Shown piece after piece: positions 29,301 to 40,082 of a stretch of 64,000 bases of DNA; the first letter of the stretch is position 1, and every line of letters begins with the position of its first letter. Position numbers and translations under genes: made by a program. This DNA is from an uncultured Bacilli bacterium (GTDB lineage Bacteria > Bacillota_I > Bacilli_A > RF39 > UBA660). The notes below the pieces were generated by a model that saw only the letters and a list, made by a program, of their open reading frames with translations, searched no databases and was not told the DNA's origin. The stretch lies in NCBI GenBank assembly GCA_910579535.1, contig CAJTUR010000003.1:111-64110 (forward strand), written 5' to 3'.

Positions 29301-32300
29301 TATTACTTTCTTTAAGGCTTCAACATTTTCAATAAAAGACTCATCTTCTTTGGCATATCTTTCTGCAACTTCTAATTTTTCTCTAACATTTCCAGTCAAA
29401 TATTCATCAGCGGTAACCCAATGATTAGGATTTTCAAAGTCTGGTATTCTATATATTTCGCCTTTTAATTCTTCCAAAATTTTATCCATCTCCATATTAG
29501 TAATACTTTGAATATAGTTTAAATCAACTCTTGCTTTATCAGTTATAGATACTAATAATGCATCTTTTGCATTTTCTACTTTTCGTTTTTCAAATAAAGG
29601 TTTAATTGTTCTTTTAGTAAACATGTCTGCTTTTTTTTCTAAATTACCGTTTTCATCTAATATTTCTAACGAGCATAAAAGGAAATAACTACTATCATCT
29701 GAAAAAGCAATAGAGTTGCCTCTACTATTTATTAATCCATATTTTTTAATAAATTTGTCATATAAATTATTTAATTTTATTTGAGCATTTTTTATCTCTT
29801 CATCAGGAAAATTTTCTAATTGCATCTCTATTATTTCTCTTGTTATATCTCTTAATTCAATTAAGCCCCTTACTCTTTCTTCTGTGATTTTAGGAAAATT
29901 CATTTCAAACATTCGACTATTTTCTCTATAATAAATTTTATCATCCACAATAGCATAAGAGAAATTTTTTATAGTAGGATCTGCTTCAATAGATACTAAT
30001 TCTTCTTCCTCATCATCAATATTATAATCTTCAATAGTTGCATGAATATTATTAATAGCATTATTCAATAGATTTTCTAAATTTTTATCTTCGTATGGAA
30101 CGCATATTGAAGAATAACCTCCATATTGGTTTGGTTTCATTTCCATTTTACCTAAAATCATATTTGGATTATCTATAAAGTATTGATTCATAGAAATTCC
30201 CTCTTCATTAGTTCCTAAATTAACCCATTTGGGAAGTACATCTGTAATTCCATCTCTTTTTTGTAAGAAAAGAATATCAGAAGTTACTTCAGTACCAGCA
30301 TTTTTTTTAAAAGTATTATTAGGTAATCGAATTGCACCTACTAAGTTTGTTCTTTGGGCTAAATATTTTCTAAAGTTGCTATTTTCTTTATCTAGGGTTC
30401 CTTTACTTGTGATTAAAGCAATTATTCCACCTGCTCGAACCTTATCAATTGCTTTAGCAAAAAAATAATCATGTATAACAAAATGGTATTTATCATATTT
30501 TTTGTCATTTAAATAATCTGTTCCAAAAGGAACATTTCCTATAACTACATCAAAAAAGGAATCTGAAAAATTTGTTTTTTCAAATCCCTGTATAGCAATA
30601 GAGGATTTTTGATATAACTGTCTTGCAATACTTCCACTGATACTATCATTTTCAACACCATATATTTTAAGTTTATCATTGTTTGGAAGTAAACCAATAA
30701 AATTTCCAATTCCACATGATGGTTCTAAAATATTTCCTTTTTCTAGTCCCATATTTGATAGTGCTTTATAAATTGCTTTTATAACAACTGGTGGAGTATA
30801 AAAGGCATTCGTAACAGTATATCTTGCATTTTTATATTCCTCTTGACTAATAATCCCTTCATCTAATAACATTTCCATTTCCATGTTTTCAAAAGTTTCT
30901 TTTTCAAATGCTTTCTGTAGACCGCCCCATCCCACATATTTTGACAACACCTCTTGTTCATTAGGAGTTGCATAGCGATTTTCGCTTTCTATTTTTTTTA
31001 ATAGTCGGATTGCCGTAATGTTATTTCTAAACTTTTCTGAATTTGTTCCAACGCCCAAATCGTCATCAACAATTTTATAATTAATTCTTTCCTCATAAGG
31101 TATTTCTGGATGTAATACAAAATCGATAATTCTTTTTTTAGTTTTTCTCTCCACTTTAACTTCATTATCAGGATTATCAATAATTTCAATATTATCATTA
31201 TCATTTATACTAGATAAAACTTCTGTTCTTCCAACACTTAAATCTATTTGTTTTTCATCAAACTTATTATAAAAAATAAATATTGTATCTGGTGTAAGAT
31301 TAATAGAGAAATCTTTATCTTGACTCAAATATTTTAAAAAAGGATCTATGTTTACACTTTCCCTTAATACTATTTCATCTGTTTTATCAATGTTAAAACA
31401 GGTTAAAGAGGTTTCTTTATCATTATAATTTTTACATTTTGTACTTTTTAAACATATTGTTAAATTTCTCTTATTAGATTTAATATGATCCCAAACTTCT
31501 AAACTGATATCTTCTACATAAAAGGTCCCCTTATATTTTGTATCTAAAGAATTGAATATATCAACGAGTCGGTCAGCTAATTCTTTTTCTCTTGGTGCGA
31601 ACAAAGTCATTTGTGATAATTTATTTTTAACTTTGATAGCACTATTTTCTTTTTCAGATTGTTTAAAGTTGTTATTTGTATCAAAATTTTCACTATTTTT
31701 TATTTCAATTTTTTTTAGTTCTTCTTTTAATCTATTTATTTCATTTTCATTTAATTCATTATAACTTTCTGTTAATAATAGATTATAAAATTTTGTTATA
31801 TCAACTTTCTCACCATCAGCATATTCGATACTCTGAAGATTATTGTTAGTATCAAAATTATATTTAACCTTTTCAATATGGACTTTTTCTATAATATTAT
31901 CAAGAAACCGAGTTATATTTTCACTTTGATTGTTGTATTTCTTACGATATTCTTTTAATCGTGCTAAATCCCTATTGTCAATTAAATTGACAGTTCCATC
32001 TTCATTATAATTGAATAATTCATCAAATAAAAATTTATAGAATTCTTCTCCAAACCAAACATATTCATCATCTGTGGCTACAAGATTTTCATTATTATCA
32101 AAATGAAGAACAATGTCATCAATTTTATATTGATATAATATATGCTCTATCAAATCAATTTCATCATTATATTCTCCATAATAAATTTCACTTTCTTTTT
32201 GACTTTTGAATTTTTCAGTGTAAATTTCATATAACTTATCTAAAATATCTTTTTCGCTCAATTTTTTATGAAACCAAGTAACATCTTCTAATTCATTTTG

Positions 32301-33887
32301 CCATTCACCATTTACTTTTGTACCTATTTCAATTTTGACATTTTTTTTGTTGGAATATAACTCGACACAATGATTGTCGCTCATAACTCTTGCAATCGTA
32401 CAATATTTTTCATCATTTATTTCGTCTATTTTTGTGATAATTGCAAAGTCAATCCCATCATGTGAATAATCTGCTTTAAGATGGCTATTAAGATTGTCTT
32501 TTTTTAAATGATTTTCTAGCTCTATTATACTTAAATTCATACTGTTCGATGGACTAGAAGGATTATATAATAATACATTAAAATTTTCAATACTTTGGAT
32601 TATATATTCTTCGTCCTCTATGAAAACATGGTCGCCAAGTCGATATAAATATTTTTCATCATTTGAAAAAAGAATACCTCTATCAGTATTCTCATTTTCT
32701 CCTAATTGTAAATTAGTTCTTTCATCACTATTTCTTCCGCTTGACTCTTGATATTGTTCATTAGTCCAACCCATTTCATTTGATTGGTTTCTTTCAATTC
32801 CTCTGTTACTTGGAGTTCTAACATCATTTGATTCGTTATTAATGCTACCCTCTCTTGTGATGTCTGCTCGATTTCTTTCAAATGAGGAATTAAGGTTCCT
32901 TTCATCATCATAGCTTGATAAGTTCCAGTTTTCTGTGTCTTCAGATAATCTAGCCTCATCATTGAGTATTTGCCCATCTCCAATTGTTCTTCTGATGCTA
33001 TCAAATTCGGTAAAAGATATTCTCCTATTTTCTTGTAAGTTATGTTCGTAGTTATCACTCCTCTCTTTTATATTATCATCATAAACCAAACTTTCTTTTG
33101 TCGCAAATGTACGAATTTTGTCGATTTCAGCAATTCGTATATTTTTTAAAGATTGATATATTTCTTTAATTCCTATTTCTGATATGGTACTGATTGCTGT
33201 TCCTAGCCTAGCAATATTATCTAAATCTTGAAATATAGAAATTTCTTTAAAATCGTTATAATTAAAATATGGAAATGGATCTATACCACTTCTATTTAAT
33301 ATCATAAATAAAACACTATTTTTTAGTAATTCTTTATAACTTTTTTCTATTATATCACTTGCTACGTTTTCTAATTTAGTATAATTTCTATTTTCTAATA
33401 AATCAATTAAATAATCAGAATAATAATTTTCTATTAAAACATCAGCTAATGATTTTATAGCTTCTGTAAAATTGCTTTTATTATTGATTTTTTTAAATTT
33501 ATTATCTAATGACTCAATTATTTGATACTCATATATCTGTGGAACTTTCCATATTTTTAATTTTTTGCCTTTTCTACCATAAATACTGTGAGTATCATTA
33601 ATTCCCCAAACGTATCTAATTCCACTTCTGTATCCATAATCTGTTAAGAGTCCAATACCAGGAGTTCCACTATTAATGAACCTTTTATAAGTATTATTCC
33701 AAGTTTCAATATCTGTACAAGCCACTGCATCTGGTCTTTGAGCAAATATGAGTAATTGTTCACTAAAACTATTAGTATAATTCATAGAAGCGGTCTTTAA
33801 AAATGATTGCCAATGTTCAGCATCTTGCGTCACATTTAAAACAGTTTCTTCAAATAATGTATTAATTAATTTTACGGTTGTAGCCAT
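26313..33887 (-). CDS. Giant N6-adenine DNA methyltransferase / SNF2-family helicase fusion (DarB-like conjugative anti-restriction type)
   Basis: 2524 aa. Methylase motif I is [11 protein letters not shown] and motif IV is GNVPFG. SNF2 motifs are HEVGAGKT (I), VDEAHYYKN (II), ATGTPISNS (III) and LGRIVRQGN (VI). Confidence 0.9.
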   Translation of the reverse strand: MATTVKLINTLFEETVLNVTQDAEHWQSFLKTASMNYTNSFSEQLLIFAQRPDAVACTDIETWNNTYKRFINSGTPGIGLLTDYGYRSGIRYVWGINDTHSIYGRKGKKLKIWKVPQIYEYQIIESLDNKFKKINNKSNFTEAIKSLADVLIENYYSDYLIDLLENRNYTKLENVASDIIEKSYKELLKNSVLFMILNRSGIDPFPYFNYNDFKEISIFQDLDNIARLGTAISTISEIGIKEIYQSLKNIRIAEIDKIRTFATKESLVYDDNIKERSDNYEHNLQENRRISFTEFDSIRRTIGDGQILNDEARLSEDTENWNLSSYDDERNLNSSFERNRADITREGSINNESNDVRTPSNRGIERNQSNEMGWTNEQYQESSGRNSDERTNLQLGENENTDRGILFSNDEKYLYRLGDHVFIEDEEYIIQSIENFNVLLYNPSSPSNSMNLSIIELENHLKKDNLNSHLKADYSHDGIDFAIITKIDEINDEKYCTIARVMSDNHCVELYSNKKNVKIEIGTKVNGEWQNELEDVTWFHKKLSEKDILDKLYEIYTEKFKSQKESEIYYGEYNDEIDLIEHILYQYKIDDIVLHFDNNENLVATDDEYVWFGEEFYKFLFDELFNYNEDGTVNLIDNRDLARLKEYRKKYNNQSENITRFLDNIIEKVHIEKVKYNFDTNNNLQSIEYADGEKVDITKFYNLLLTESYNELNENEINRLKEELKKIEIKNSENFDTNNNFKQSEKENSAIKVKNKLSQMTLFAPREKELADRLVDIFNSLDTKYKGTFYVEDISLEVWDHIKSNKRNLTICLKSTKCKNYNDKETSLTCFNIDKTDEIVLRESVNIDPFLKYLSQDKDFSINLTPDTIFIFYNKFDEKQIDLSVGRTEVLSSINDNDNIEIIDNPDNEVKVERKTKKRIIDFVLHPEIPYEERINYKIVDDDLGVGTNSEKFRNNITAIRLLKKIESENRYATPNEQEVLSKYVGWGGLQKAFEKETFENMEMEMLLDEGIISQEEYKNARYTVTNAFYTPPVVIKAIYKALSNMGLEKGNILEPSCGIGNFIGLLPNNDKLKIYGVENDSISGSIARQLYQKSSIAIQGFEKTNFSDSFFDVVIGNVPFGTDYLNDKKYDKYHFVIHDYFFAKAIDKVRAGGIIALITSKGTLDKENSNFRKYLAQRTNLVGAIRLPNNTFKKNAGTEVTSDILFLQKRDGITDVLPKWVNLGTNEEGISMNQYFIDNPNMILGKMEMKPNQYGGYSSICVPYEDKNLENLLNNAINNIHATIEDYNIDDEEEELVSIEADPTIKNFSYAIVDDKIYYRENSRMFEMNFPKITEERVRGLIELRDITREIIEMQLENFPDEEIKNAQIKLNNLYDKFIKKYGLINSRGNSIAFSDDSSYFLLCSLEILDENGNLEKKADMFTKRTIKPLFEKRKVENAKDALLVSITDKARVDLNYIQSITNMEMDKILEELKGEIYRIPDFENPNHWVTADEYLTGNVREKLEVAERYAKEDESFIENVEALKKVIPSFIPTEDIVVRLGATWIPTHYIKEFMFELLDSSTDAVENMDVHYSELTGQWNIEGRFYDRNSIPVISTYGTIKANAYRLLEDALNLRDTKIFDYKEDENGKVRAILNKKETAIAQSKQDKIREAFDEWLWRDMDRREKLTELYNRKFNSIRLREYDGSNISFLGMNPEIKLRKHQVNAIARILYGGNTLLAHEVGAGKTFEMVAAAMESKRLGLCNKSLFVVPNHIIAQFASEFLQLYPSANILVSTKKDFETKNRKKFCSRIATGDYDAVIIGHSQFEKIPMSAERQINILEAQLEDTIKGIADLKMHNGERFTIKMLVKTQKSIERKLEKLNSREKKDDVVYFEELGVDRLFVDEAHYYKNLYLYTKMRNVSGVATTEAQKSSDLFMKCRYLDEITENKGVIFATGTPISNSMTELYTLQRYLQYDELLKAGLQHFDAWASTFGETVTAIEIAPEGTGFRAKTRFAKFHNIPELMQMFKNFADIQTSDTLKLPVPETKFETVVSPPSDVQLDLVQSYAQRAENVRNREVKPEEDNMLKITNEGRKLALDQRIINSFLPDFENSKVNMCCENVYNIWEKYKDKRLAQLIFCDLSTPKDDGSFDVYHDIKMKLINKGIPENEIEFIHNASTEIQKKELFSKVRQGKIRVLMGSTQKMGAGTNCQDKLIALHDLDCPWRPSDLQQRLGRIVRQGNQNNKVYIYRYVTEKTFDSYLYHLVESKQKFISQIMTSKTPVRDAEDIDESVLSYAEIKALATGNPEIIEKTELDTEVSKLKILKQNYLSEHYDLENKVKKVFPSDIIRYENELKNYKKDLEYLQEKYPSNEDEFFSMIINNTEIKNVQEAGELLLEECKRCTMQESKEFAEYKGFKLEVKFDSFTKTYKLYLKNNATYFVELGESATGNIARINNIINDINFRINCIEKELISAKSNLENAKLELEKPFLQEQELKEKLARLKKLNKKLNLEEKNHDILDEEDSEEIEDRNQISKKEYER

Positions 33888-33917
33888 TTTTCACCTCTCT
33901 TTCTAATTAAACACAAT

Positions 33918-34235
33918 TTATTTAATTTCTCTATTTTTAATTAATAAGGAAAAGAAATCTTCTTTCATTTCTTTTTTATCTATTCTCAATAATAATTGTT
34001 CAATCATATTGCCAGCTTCATTTGGAAAAAAACGTACATCTACAAAATCAATATTTTCTTCATTTTTTCTAGGTACACTATATTTTAGAAGTTTATTTTT
34101 TAATTTTTCAGCGACCATAGAAAAATCACCTTCAACTTCTAATTTCATATTGAAATCTAATACATTTATTAATAAATTAAATAATTCTTTTCCTAATGTT
34201 AGTTTAACCGATGGCATTCTAGTTTGATGCGTCAT
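33918..34235 (-). CDS. Hypothetical protein
   Basis: 105-aa ORF with no motif recognised. Confidence 0.45.
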   Translation of the reverse strand: MTHQTRMPSVKLTLGKELFNLLINVLDFNMKLEVEGDFSMVAEKLKNKLLKYSVPRKNEENIDFVDVRFFPNEAGNMIEQLLLRIDKKEMKEDFFSLLIKNREIK

Positions 34236-34243
34236 TGTTTAAC

Positions 34244-34606
34244 CTACCTTTCATCTTTCTCTTGACTTTTTTTATTTTGTGAATGACATTCTTTAGAAGA
34301 TAAAAAGGTAACTTTCTCTGCAATGACTTCCATTATAAATTGTTTATTTTTTTCTTCATCTTCATAATTACTAGTTTGTAATCTTCCTTTAATTCCTACG
34401 ACATCGCCAACACGACAATATTCACAAGTATTTTTGGCAATATTATTCCATAATACGCAACGAATTAAATCGCTTTCATAAATACCATCACTATTTTTAA
34501 AAGGGCGATTTATAGAAATCGTTACTATACTTTTTTGTTGTCCTCCATCCGTAGTCACTACTTCAGGATTTTCACAAATCCTTCCTACTAACATAACTTG
34601 ATTCAT
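34244..34606 (-). CDS. ssb: Single-stranded DNA-binding protein
   Basis: MNQVMLVGRICENPEV..RCVLWNNIAKN..GDVVGIKGRLQTSNYED is an OB-fold SSB signature. Confidence 0.8.
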   Translation of the reverse strand: MNQVMLVGRICENPEVVTTDGGQQKSIVTISINRPFKNSDGIYESDLIRCVLWNNIAKNTCEYCRVGDVVGIKGRLQTSNYEDEEKNKQFIMEVIAEKVTFLSSKECHSQNKKSQEKDER

Positions 34607-34660
34607 AATTTTTTACCTTACCTTTCCATTTTTTTAAACCTACAACTTATTTTGTTTGCT

Positions 34661-34975
34661 TTAATTTATATTTTTTATTCCTTTTGTTATTGTTTTAGGA
34701 ACAATAGTTAAATCTCTTTTATTTTTTCCGTTTTCATTACTATTTCCAACTATTTGCCCACTAATTTTTATTAGATTACCTTTTTTTAATTCAGCACATT
34801 GCTCTTGATTTACTCCTAACAATGCTAAAGAAACATAATTATACATTTGTTTAAATGTCCCATTATGATAAACTTTCATGTTTAAAGGTAATGCAATAAT
34901 TATATTAACTAAGGCATCTTTTTTTCTTTGTCTTTCTTTTTTTATAATTTCTCCTGTAATTTTAATTGTATTCAT
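34661..34975 (-). CDS. Hypothetical protein, possibly a second OB-fold/SSB-like protein
   Basis: 104 aa. MNTIKITGEII..LIKISGQIVGN loosely recalls OB-fold SSB layout. This is a weak call. Confidence 0.35.
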   Translation of the reverse strand: MNTIKITGEIIKKERQRKKDALVNIIIALPLNMKVYHNGTFKQMYNYVSLALLGVNQEQCAELKKGNLIKISGQIVGNSNENGKNKRDLTIVPKTITKGIKNIN

Positions 34976-35193
34976 TATCTTTCAACCTCTCTTTCCATAT
35001 TTTTCTTTCTTAATTCAGTAATAATGTTACTATTATTAATTTCTACTTCGCTTCTATTACTTATTTTTTCTCGAATCTCTTTGACAGTAATACTATCGAG
35101 TGTATCGTTTAATATTCTTTTGGCTTCCTCTTCATTTTCAGCAACTACTGTTACCCCCATATTTCCTACTAAATTAACATTAAATTTAAACAT
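34975..35193 (-). CDS. Hypothetical protein
   Basis: Likely starts at MFKFNVNLVG (35193), which removes the overlap with the upstream ORF. Confidence 0.4.
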   Translation of the reverse strand: MFKFNVNLVGNMGVTVVAENEEEAKRILNDTLDSITVKEIREKISNRSEVEINNSNIITELRKKNMEREVER

Positions 35194-35422
35194 TTTTTTT
35201 CTCCTCCTTTTTTTCTTCACCACTACTTAAAAAAGCAATTATTTTTTTATTTCTAATTGCTTTTTTTAATTCCAAAATAATTGTTATATCTGTGGATGAT
35301 ATATCTGGTATTTTTTCTAAATCTTCTAATCCTATATTTATAATACTTTTTTCATCTTTAAAGCCTATTTTAAATAACTTTTCTAATAATTTTGTTATTT
35401 GTAAAAAATTATATTTAACCAT
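35186..35422 (-). CDS. Hypothetical protein
   Basis: 78-aa ORF that overlaps the sortase gene's end by 8 nt. Confidence 0.4.
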   Translation of the reverse strand: MVKYNFLQITKLLEKLFKIGFKDEKSIINIGLEDLEKIPDISSTDITIILELKKAIRNKKIIAFLSSGEEKKEEKKNV

Positions 35423-36053
35423 TAAACTTTGTCCTTTCTATTAATTCACTAATCACTATAATTTGATTATCGGTTTTTTGCCGACAAGTTATAAGAGTTA
35501 AAGTGTTTTTTTCTTTATTTCTTATAATATTAGTACTTCCTGTTTTTTCAACATCATAAATATTAACAATTTTATACTTATATTCGTATCCATTATAAAT
35601 TAAACTAATTAGATTATCTTTTTCTAATTTATAAACATTTTTAAAATAAGAAATTCCGGCATTTCCTGAATGTGCTGCTAACATAAAATTACCATTTTTA
35701 ACATCTGGATAATCAGATTCATTTAGTATTTGAATGTTCCTATCTACATGATTACAGGAACTTTCTTTTTGACAAAGTCCTTTTTCTACACCAATTTTAG
35801 GTATTTTTATAACTGCAATATAATTAAACTTTTTTTCTTGGGTTGTTTCCAATTTTTCATTTAATATTGTATTTTCATTATTGGTATCTATATGTTCTTG
35901 TTTTCTATAAAATTCTTCAATTTTAACTTCCTCTTTTTTATCTATAATATAATTATAGATGTTTTTATTACTTATTATAATTATTCCTAGTAGAACAAAC
36001 ATAACACCGACAGTTACTAATCTTTTTTTACTATCTTTTATTTTTTTTATCAT
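35415..36053 (-). CDS. Sortase (ICE-encoded)
   Basis: N-terminal TM. Catalytic-type motifs are LAAHSG (His) and TLTLITCRQ (TLxTC). Confidence 0.8.
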   Translation of the reverse strand: MIKKIKDSKKRLVTVGVMFVLLGIIIISNKNIYNYIIDKKEEVKIEEFYRKQEHIDTNNENTILNEKLETTQEKKFNYIAVIKIPKIGVEKGLCQKESSCNHVDRNIQILNESDYPDVKNGNFMLAAHSGNAGISYFKNVYKLEKDNLISLIYNGYEYKYKIVNIYDVEKTGSTNIIRNKEKNTLTLITCRQKTDNQIIVISELIERTKFNG

Positions 36054-38829
36054 AAGTGATCACTCCAATTCCAATAATTATAAAAAAAGCTCCTGTCATA
36101 TTTAAAATAAAATGTGAAGTATCATCAATTCCTGTATTAGGAAGTGAAATAGGTGCTAGTTCATTAACCATAGTACACTTGACTATTTCTCCATTTTCTT
36201 TAATTTCAAAATACAACTTTTCATTATTTAAAATATAATCTGGAGTTGCTGTTTCTTTTTCAATTATAAAATATTTACCATATCTCAATTCGTTTATGAT
36301 AATTTGCCCATTTTCATCTGTTCTTCCTGCAAATATTGGATTTTCTTCATCATCTACTGAAAAAATCTCAATAAAGGTATTAGGAATTGGTTGATTATTA
36401 GAAAAATCAATTTTTGTAAATTCTAACTTACCAGTAATAGGTTTATTTGTCATCTCAGCTTTGACTATTTCTCCGTCTTCTTTAATTTCAAAGAAAACTT
36501 TTTCATCAGTAATAAGATAGCCTGTGGCTGCTTCTTTTTCTAAAATATAATATTTTTGACCTACACTTAGATTTTTTATAACAATCATTCCATTTTCATC
36601 TGTAGCACCTTCAAAAATTTTTTGATTTTTTTCTGTATAGACTGAAATAATAGTTTTTGGAATCGGTTCTCCATTTACTAAATCTCTTTTAGTAAATTCC
36701 AAGATTCCTTTCTTTAAATAATTAATCATTTCATTTGAACTATATACAATTTCTGATTTATTATCTTTTTGAGTAAGATCAATCAAATATTCTGTTTTAT
36801 CTAAAATATAAAAATCATTGGTTTTTACTTCCACTACTTTATATTTTCCCAGTGGTAATAAAGAACTTATTGCATAACCATTTTTATCGGTAGTCATTGT
36901 TCCTACTAAAGTACCTTTTTCATAAAATAAATGATTACCGTCAACAGATTTAATATCTTCATTCGCATAAATATTGTAAACAATTCCTTCTAATGTAATT
37001 CTATTATTATAATTAAAGGTTCCACTGTCTGAAACAAATAACTCTCCTTTTTTATATATTTCTATTTTACCTTTTATAGGTTTATTTTTCACATACATCG
37101 TTACAACTGTTCCATAAGATGTATAAGAAAAATGCGTATCATTTCCTATTGTAAAATCGATACCATTTTCATCTAAAACATAACCAAAAGGACTCGCTAC
37201 TTCAATTAATTTATAGTTGCCACTTTCCAATTTTAAGTAAGTCATAAATTTACCAGTTTCATCAGTTTTAAATTCATCATAAACTTTACCACCAACAAAT
37301 TGACTTACGTATTGTTTTTTGTCTTTATTGTAGATTTTAAATGTTGTATCTGCAATAGCAATCGCTTTTCCTGTTTCGCTATCAACCTTAATGACTTGTA
37401 GAAAAGCACTCAAACTATTATTAAGAATATTATAAAATTGTTTATTCTCACTATCATAATCAATAGTTACATAAAAATCATAAATCTTTTCGTAGCCAGT
37501 TGTTGTGTTTACTTGATGGATTTTCCAAACTCCATAAGGTAAATTAATGGTAGCATAACCATTTTTATCAGTAGTGACTTGATCATATTTAGTTCCATCT
37601 AAATCATAAATTTCAAATGTAATATTTGATTCGGCATTTAAAAAGGTTGTATTTCCCTCTATATGTTCATACTGTTTTAAAATGGAAACATAATTCTTAA
37701 TTACATCTTCTTTCACGATTAAATCTATCTCATGTTGTTCTTCAGAAAAATGTACTTCATATCTTGTTGAATTTAATAAATAACCCTCCGATGGAGCAAT
37801 TTCTTGTACATAATAATTGCCAATAGGTAATTTATCAATAGTAGCACTGCAATTAGAATCAATAACCAATTCACGCACTAATTCTCCAGTTTCCTCTTTA
37901 TATAATCCGAAAATTGCTCCTTCTAAAGTTGCTCGACCTTGTGAAAGGCATTGATTATTTTCGCTATCATATTTTTTTAAATTTAATGTTGCACTCACAA
38001 CAGTAAAATTAACTCTTGTTTGAACTGGATCTAAATTTCCTGCAACCATTACGTCTTGTCCTTTATCACTGTGATAAACAATAAATTCCTCAGACCAAGA
38101 ATTATTTTCTTTAGTCAAAGTAATAGAGCCGTTTGAAGATGAAGTAGGAGTAACAATTAAATCATTTCCCTCAATCGTTGCATTACAATTCTCACAATTT
38201 TTAATAGTATATTTATTTAATTGACTTGCTTGATCATGAAAAGAATAGTTTGAACCATAGGAAATTGTTGCATTATAAGTTTGAAATGTTGGTTGATTAT
38301 AATGTTCATTAACAAGTCTTTCTATTTCTGCCATTGCTGCTTTAATTTCTGGTGGAGTATCAATTACATAACGATTTGGATTTGTTGGATCTGGTAAATA
38401 TTGACTGGTAAAATTGAACTCTCTTCCTGCCACTTTCCATATTAATGCTTGAGTAGCTACAATCCATTGAATACTATTATGATTTTGATAACCATAACCA
38501 TAATATGCAATTAAACTCATATCTATAAGATTTTGAGTGGTTAAATTTACTTTGCTTGCTAATTCGTCATTTGATAAACCATAATAACCAGCATAATCTG
38601 TATTCTTTGCTAAAGAAACACCTGGTTGAATACAATAAGCGGTCGCGTCGTCACTTGCTCTCGTGAAATGCTCAAAATTTCCATATTTTCCTCTAGAATC
38701 GATAAAACTGTAACTACCAATAAATTTTTCTTTAAATCTATCTGTTCTACTACCTGCTTCTACATCGAAAGTACAGAACATAAAGCAAATAGCAATTAAA
38801 AAATTTTTCATTAAATTAAATTTTTTCAT
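36031..38829 (-). CDS. LPxTG-anchored surface adhesin with a thioester-type N-terminal domain and Cna-B/isopeptide repeats
   Basis: Signal peptide present. AYCIQPGV is a thioester-domain Cys motif. Multiple Cna-B-like repeats are present (KVDSETGKAI, GNYKLIEV, GKYKVVEV). The C-terminus is LPNTG, a hydrophobic helix and a KKNKR tail. Confidence 0.85.
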   Translation of the reverse strand: MKKFNLMKNFLIAICFMFCTFDVEAGSRTDRFKEKFIGSYSFIDSRGKYGNFEHFTRASDDATAYCIQPGVSLAKNTDYAGYYGLSNDELASKVNLTTQNLIDMSLIAYYGYGYQNHNSIQWIVATQALIWKVAGREFNFTSQYLPDPTNPNRYVIDTPPEIKAAMAEIERLVNEHYNQPTFQTYNATISYGSNYSFHDQASQLNKYTIKNCENCNATIEGNDLIVTPTSSSNGSITLTKENNSWSEEFIVYHSDKGQDVMVAGNLDPVQTRVNFTVVSATLNLKKYDSENNQCLSQGRATLEGAIFGLYKEETGELVRELVIDSNCSATIDKLPIGNYYVQEIAPSEGYLLNSTRYEVHFSEEQHEIDLIVKEDVIKNYVSILKQYEHIEGNTTFLNAESNITFEIYDLDGTKYDQVTTDKNGYATINLPYGVWKIHQVNTTTGYEKIYDFYVTIDYDSENKQFYNILNNSLSAFLQVIKVDSETGKAIAIADTTFKIYNKDKKQYVSQFVGGKVYDEFKTDETGKFMTYLKLESGNYKLIEVASPFGYVLDENGIDFTIGNDTHFSYTSYGTVVTMYVKNKPIKGKIEIYKKGELFVSDSGTFNYNNRITLEGIVYNIYANEDIKSVDGNHLFYEKGTLVGTMTTDKNGYAISSLLPLGKYKVVEVKTNDFYILDKTEYLIDLTQKDNKSEIVYSSNEMINYLKKGILEFTKRDLVNGEPIPKTIISVYTEKNQKIFEGATDENGMIVIKNLSVGQKYYILEKEAATGYLITDEKVFFEIKEDGEIVKAEMTNKPITGKLEFTKIDFSNNQPIPNTFIEIFSVDDEENPIFAGRTDENGQIIINELRYGKYFIIEKETATPDYILNNEKLYFEIKENGEIVKCTMVNELAPISLPNTGIDDTSHFILNMTGAFFIIIGIGVITYDKKNKR

Positions 38830-38951
38830 TATCTTCCTCCTTATATTTTTCTCATAAAAAAAAGCCCCATTAATAAGGCTTATAATGTATTTGTTTGTTC
38901 TAAAAAATATATATAATCTATTATTTAATATTTTAAGATTTATTTATATTT

Positions 38952-39140
38952 TTAGTTATTTTTCAAATCAGTAAATCTAAACTTTTCACCATTATCAGCA
39001 ATTAGATAATGACCATTGATTAAAAAACTTTTAAAACCAAACATCTCTAAAAATGATACATCTAAAATTTCTTCATCAATTTCAATAGAATACCTTTCTA
39101 AAAATTGTTTGATTTCTCCTTCATTTAATTTTTTTAACAT
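38952..39140 (-). CDS. Hypothetical small protein
   Basis: Likely start is MLKKLNEGE (RBS GAGGGGGA) at 39140. Confidence 0.45.
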   Translation of the reverse strand: MLKKLNEGEIKQFLERYSIEIDEEILDVSFLEMFGFKSFLINGHYLIADNGEKFRFTDLKNN

Positions 39141-39234
39141 TAAAAATCCCCCTCTCATTAACAATATAGCATAATCCATTTAAGAATTTTGTCGTTTTAT
39201 GTCTGATGATGAATAAAAAAAGAAAATAAAGGGT

Positions 39235-39939
39235 TTAATTTAATCCTTCAATATTTTCACAAGGGTAACCAAGTTCTCGTAAATAAGAAATGCTACTAAT
39301 TTTTGGTTTATGCCAATCATATCTTTCGTTTTTTGTATACTTTCCATCACAAAAGAATTTTCCTGTAGATATTACTAGCATCACTGGCTGAATATCACTA
39401 TTAGGAACAGATATACTTGTGCAATTATAAAACCAACCATAAATTAACCATTTATCTCCCTCAATTTGACAATCGTGTTTTGAATCAAAATCATATCGAA
39501 AGTCTGAAACGTTTTTTTTCAAATACTCTTCTACTTCGCTTTTTGATAATTTTTTATTTTCTTGAGTTGTTTCCAATTTTTCATTTAATGTCTTATTTTC
39601 AGTTTTTGATTCTTTCTTTGTATTTTCGATATTACTATTTTTTGGTTGTTCTTGTTTTTTAGTTGATACTTCTTTTTTTGGACTTTCAACTTTTTGTTTT
39701 TTAGATTTAATAATTTCTTCTTGAACTAAACTTTTTTCTTCATATTTTTCCTCCTTTTCAATTTTTTCTTCATTTACATTTGTTTCGAAATTAATTTTAT
39801 CACTTTGAAAAGTAAAATAAGACTCTTCATGTAATATTTCCATTTTTTTCTCACTAAAGAATTTTTTTGTTCCAACTAAGCCTCCAATGAATATCATTAC
39901 AAAAGTAATAATAATCTTTTTCTTCATTTGCAATCTCAT
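39235..39939 (-). CDS. Membrane-anchored hypothetical protein with a Lys/Glu-rich linker and a Cys-containing C-terminal domain
   Basis: N-terminal TM is KKIIITFVMIFIGGLVG. It shares the decapeptide LNEKLETTQE with the sortase linker. Confidence 0.5.
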   Translation of the reverse strand: MRLQMKKKIIITFVMIFIGGLVGTKKFFSEKKMEILHEESYFTFQSDKINFETNVNEEKIEKEEKYEEKSLVQEEIIKSKKQKVESPKKEVSTKKQEQPKNSNIENTKKESKTENKTLNEKLETTQENKKLSKSEVEEYLKKNVSDFRYDFDSKHDCQIEGDKWLIYGWFYNCTSISVPNSDIQPVMLVISTGKFFCDGKYTKNERYDWHKPKISSISYLRELGYPCENIEGLN

Positions 39940-40082
39940 TCCTTTCTTTTGCTTGTAGAATATACTAAAGTTTTTATTTTGTCATATCTACAAAATATTT
40001 TTTTATATTTTTTTCAGTTAGTAATAATAGTTAGTATTAGGGTAGATTGTAAGAAGGGACTTTTTTGGCAAACATACTCCCT

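Noticed and set aside
30998-33058. Minus-strand ORFs 30998..31204 and 32702..33058 inside the giant methylase/helicase gene.
   Set aside because: They are alternative frames of the same strand within a continuous 2524-aa ORF that carries ordered methylase and SNF2 motifs.
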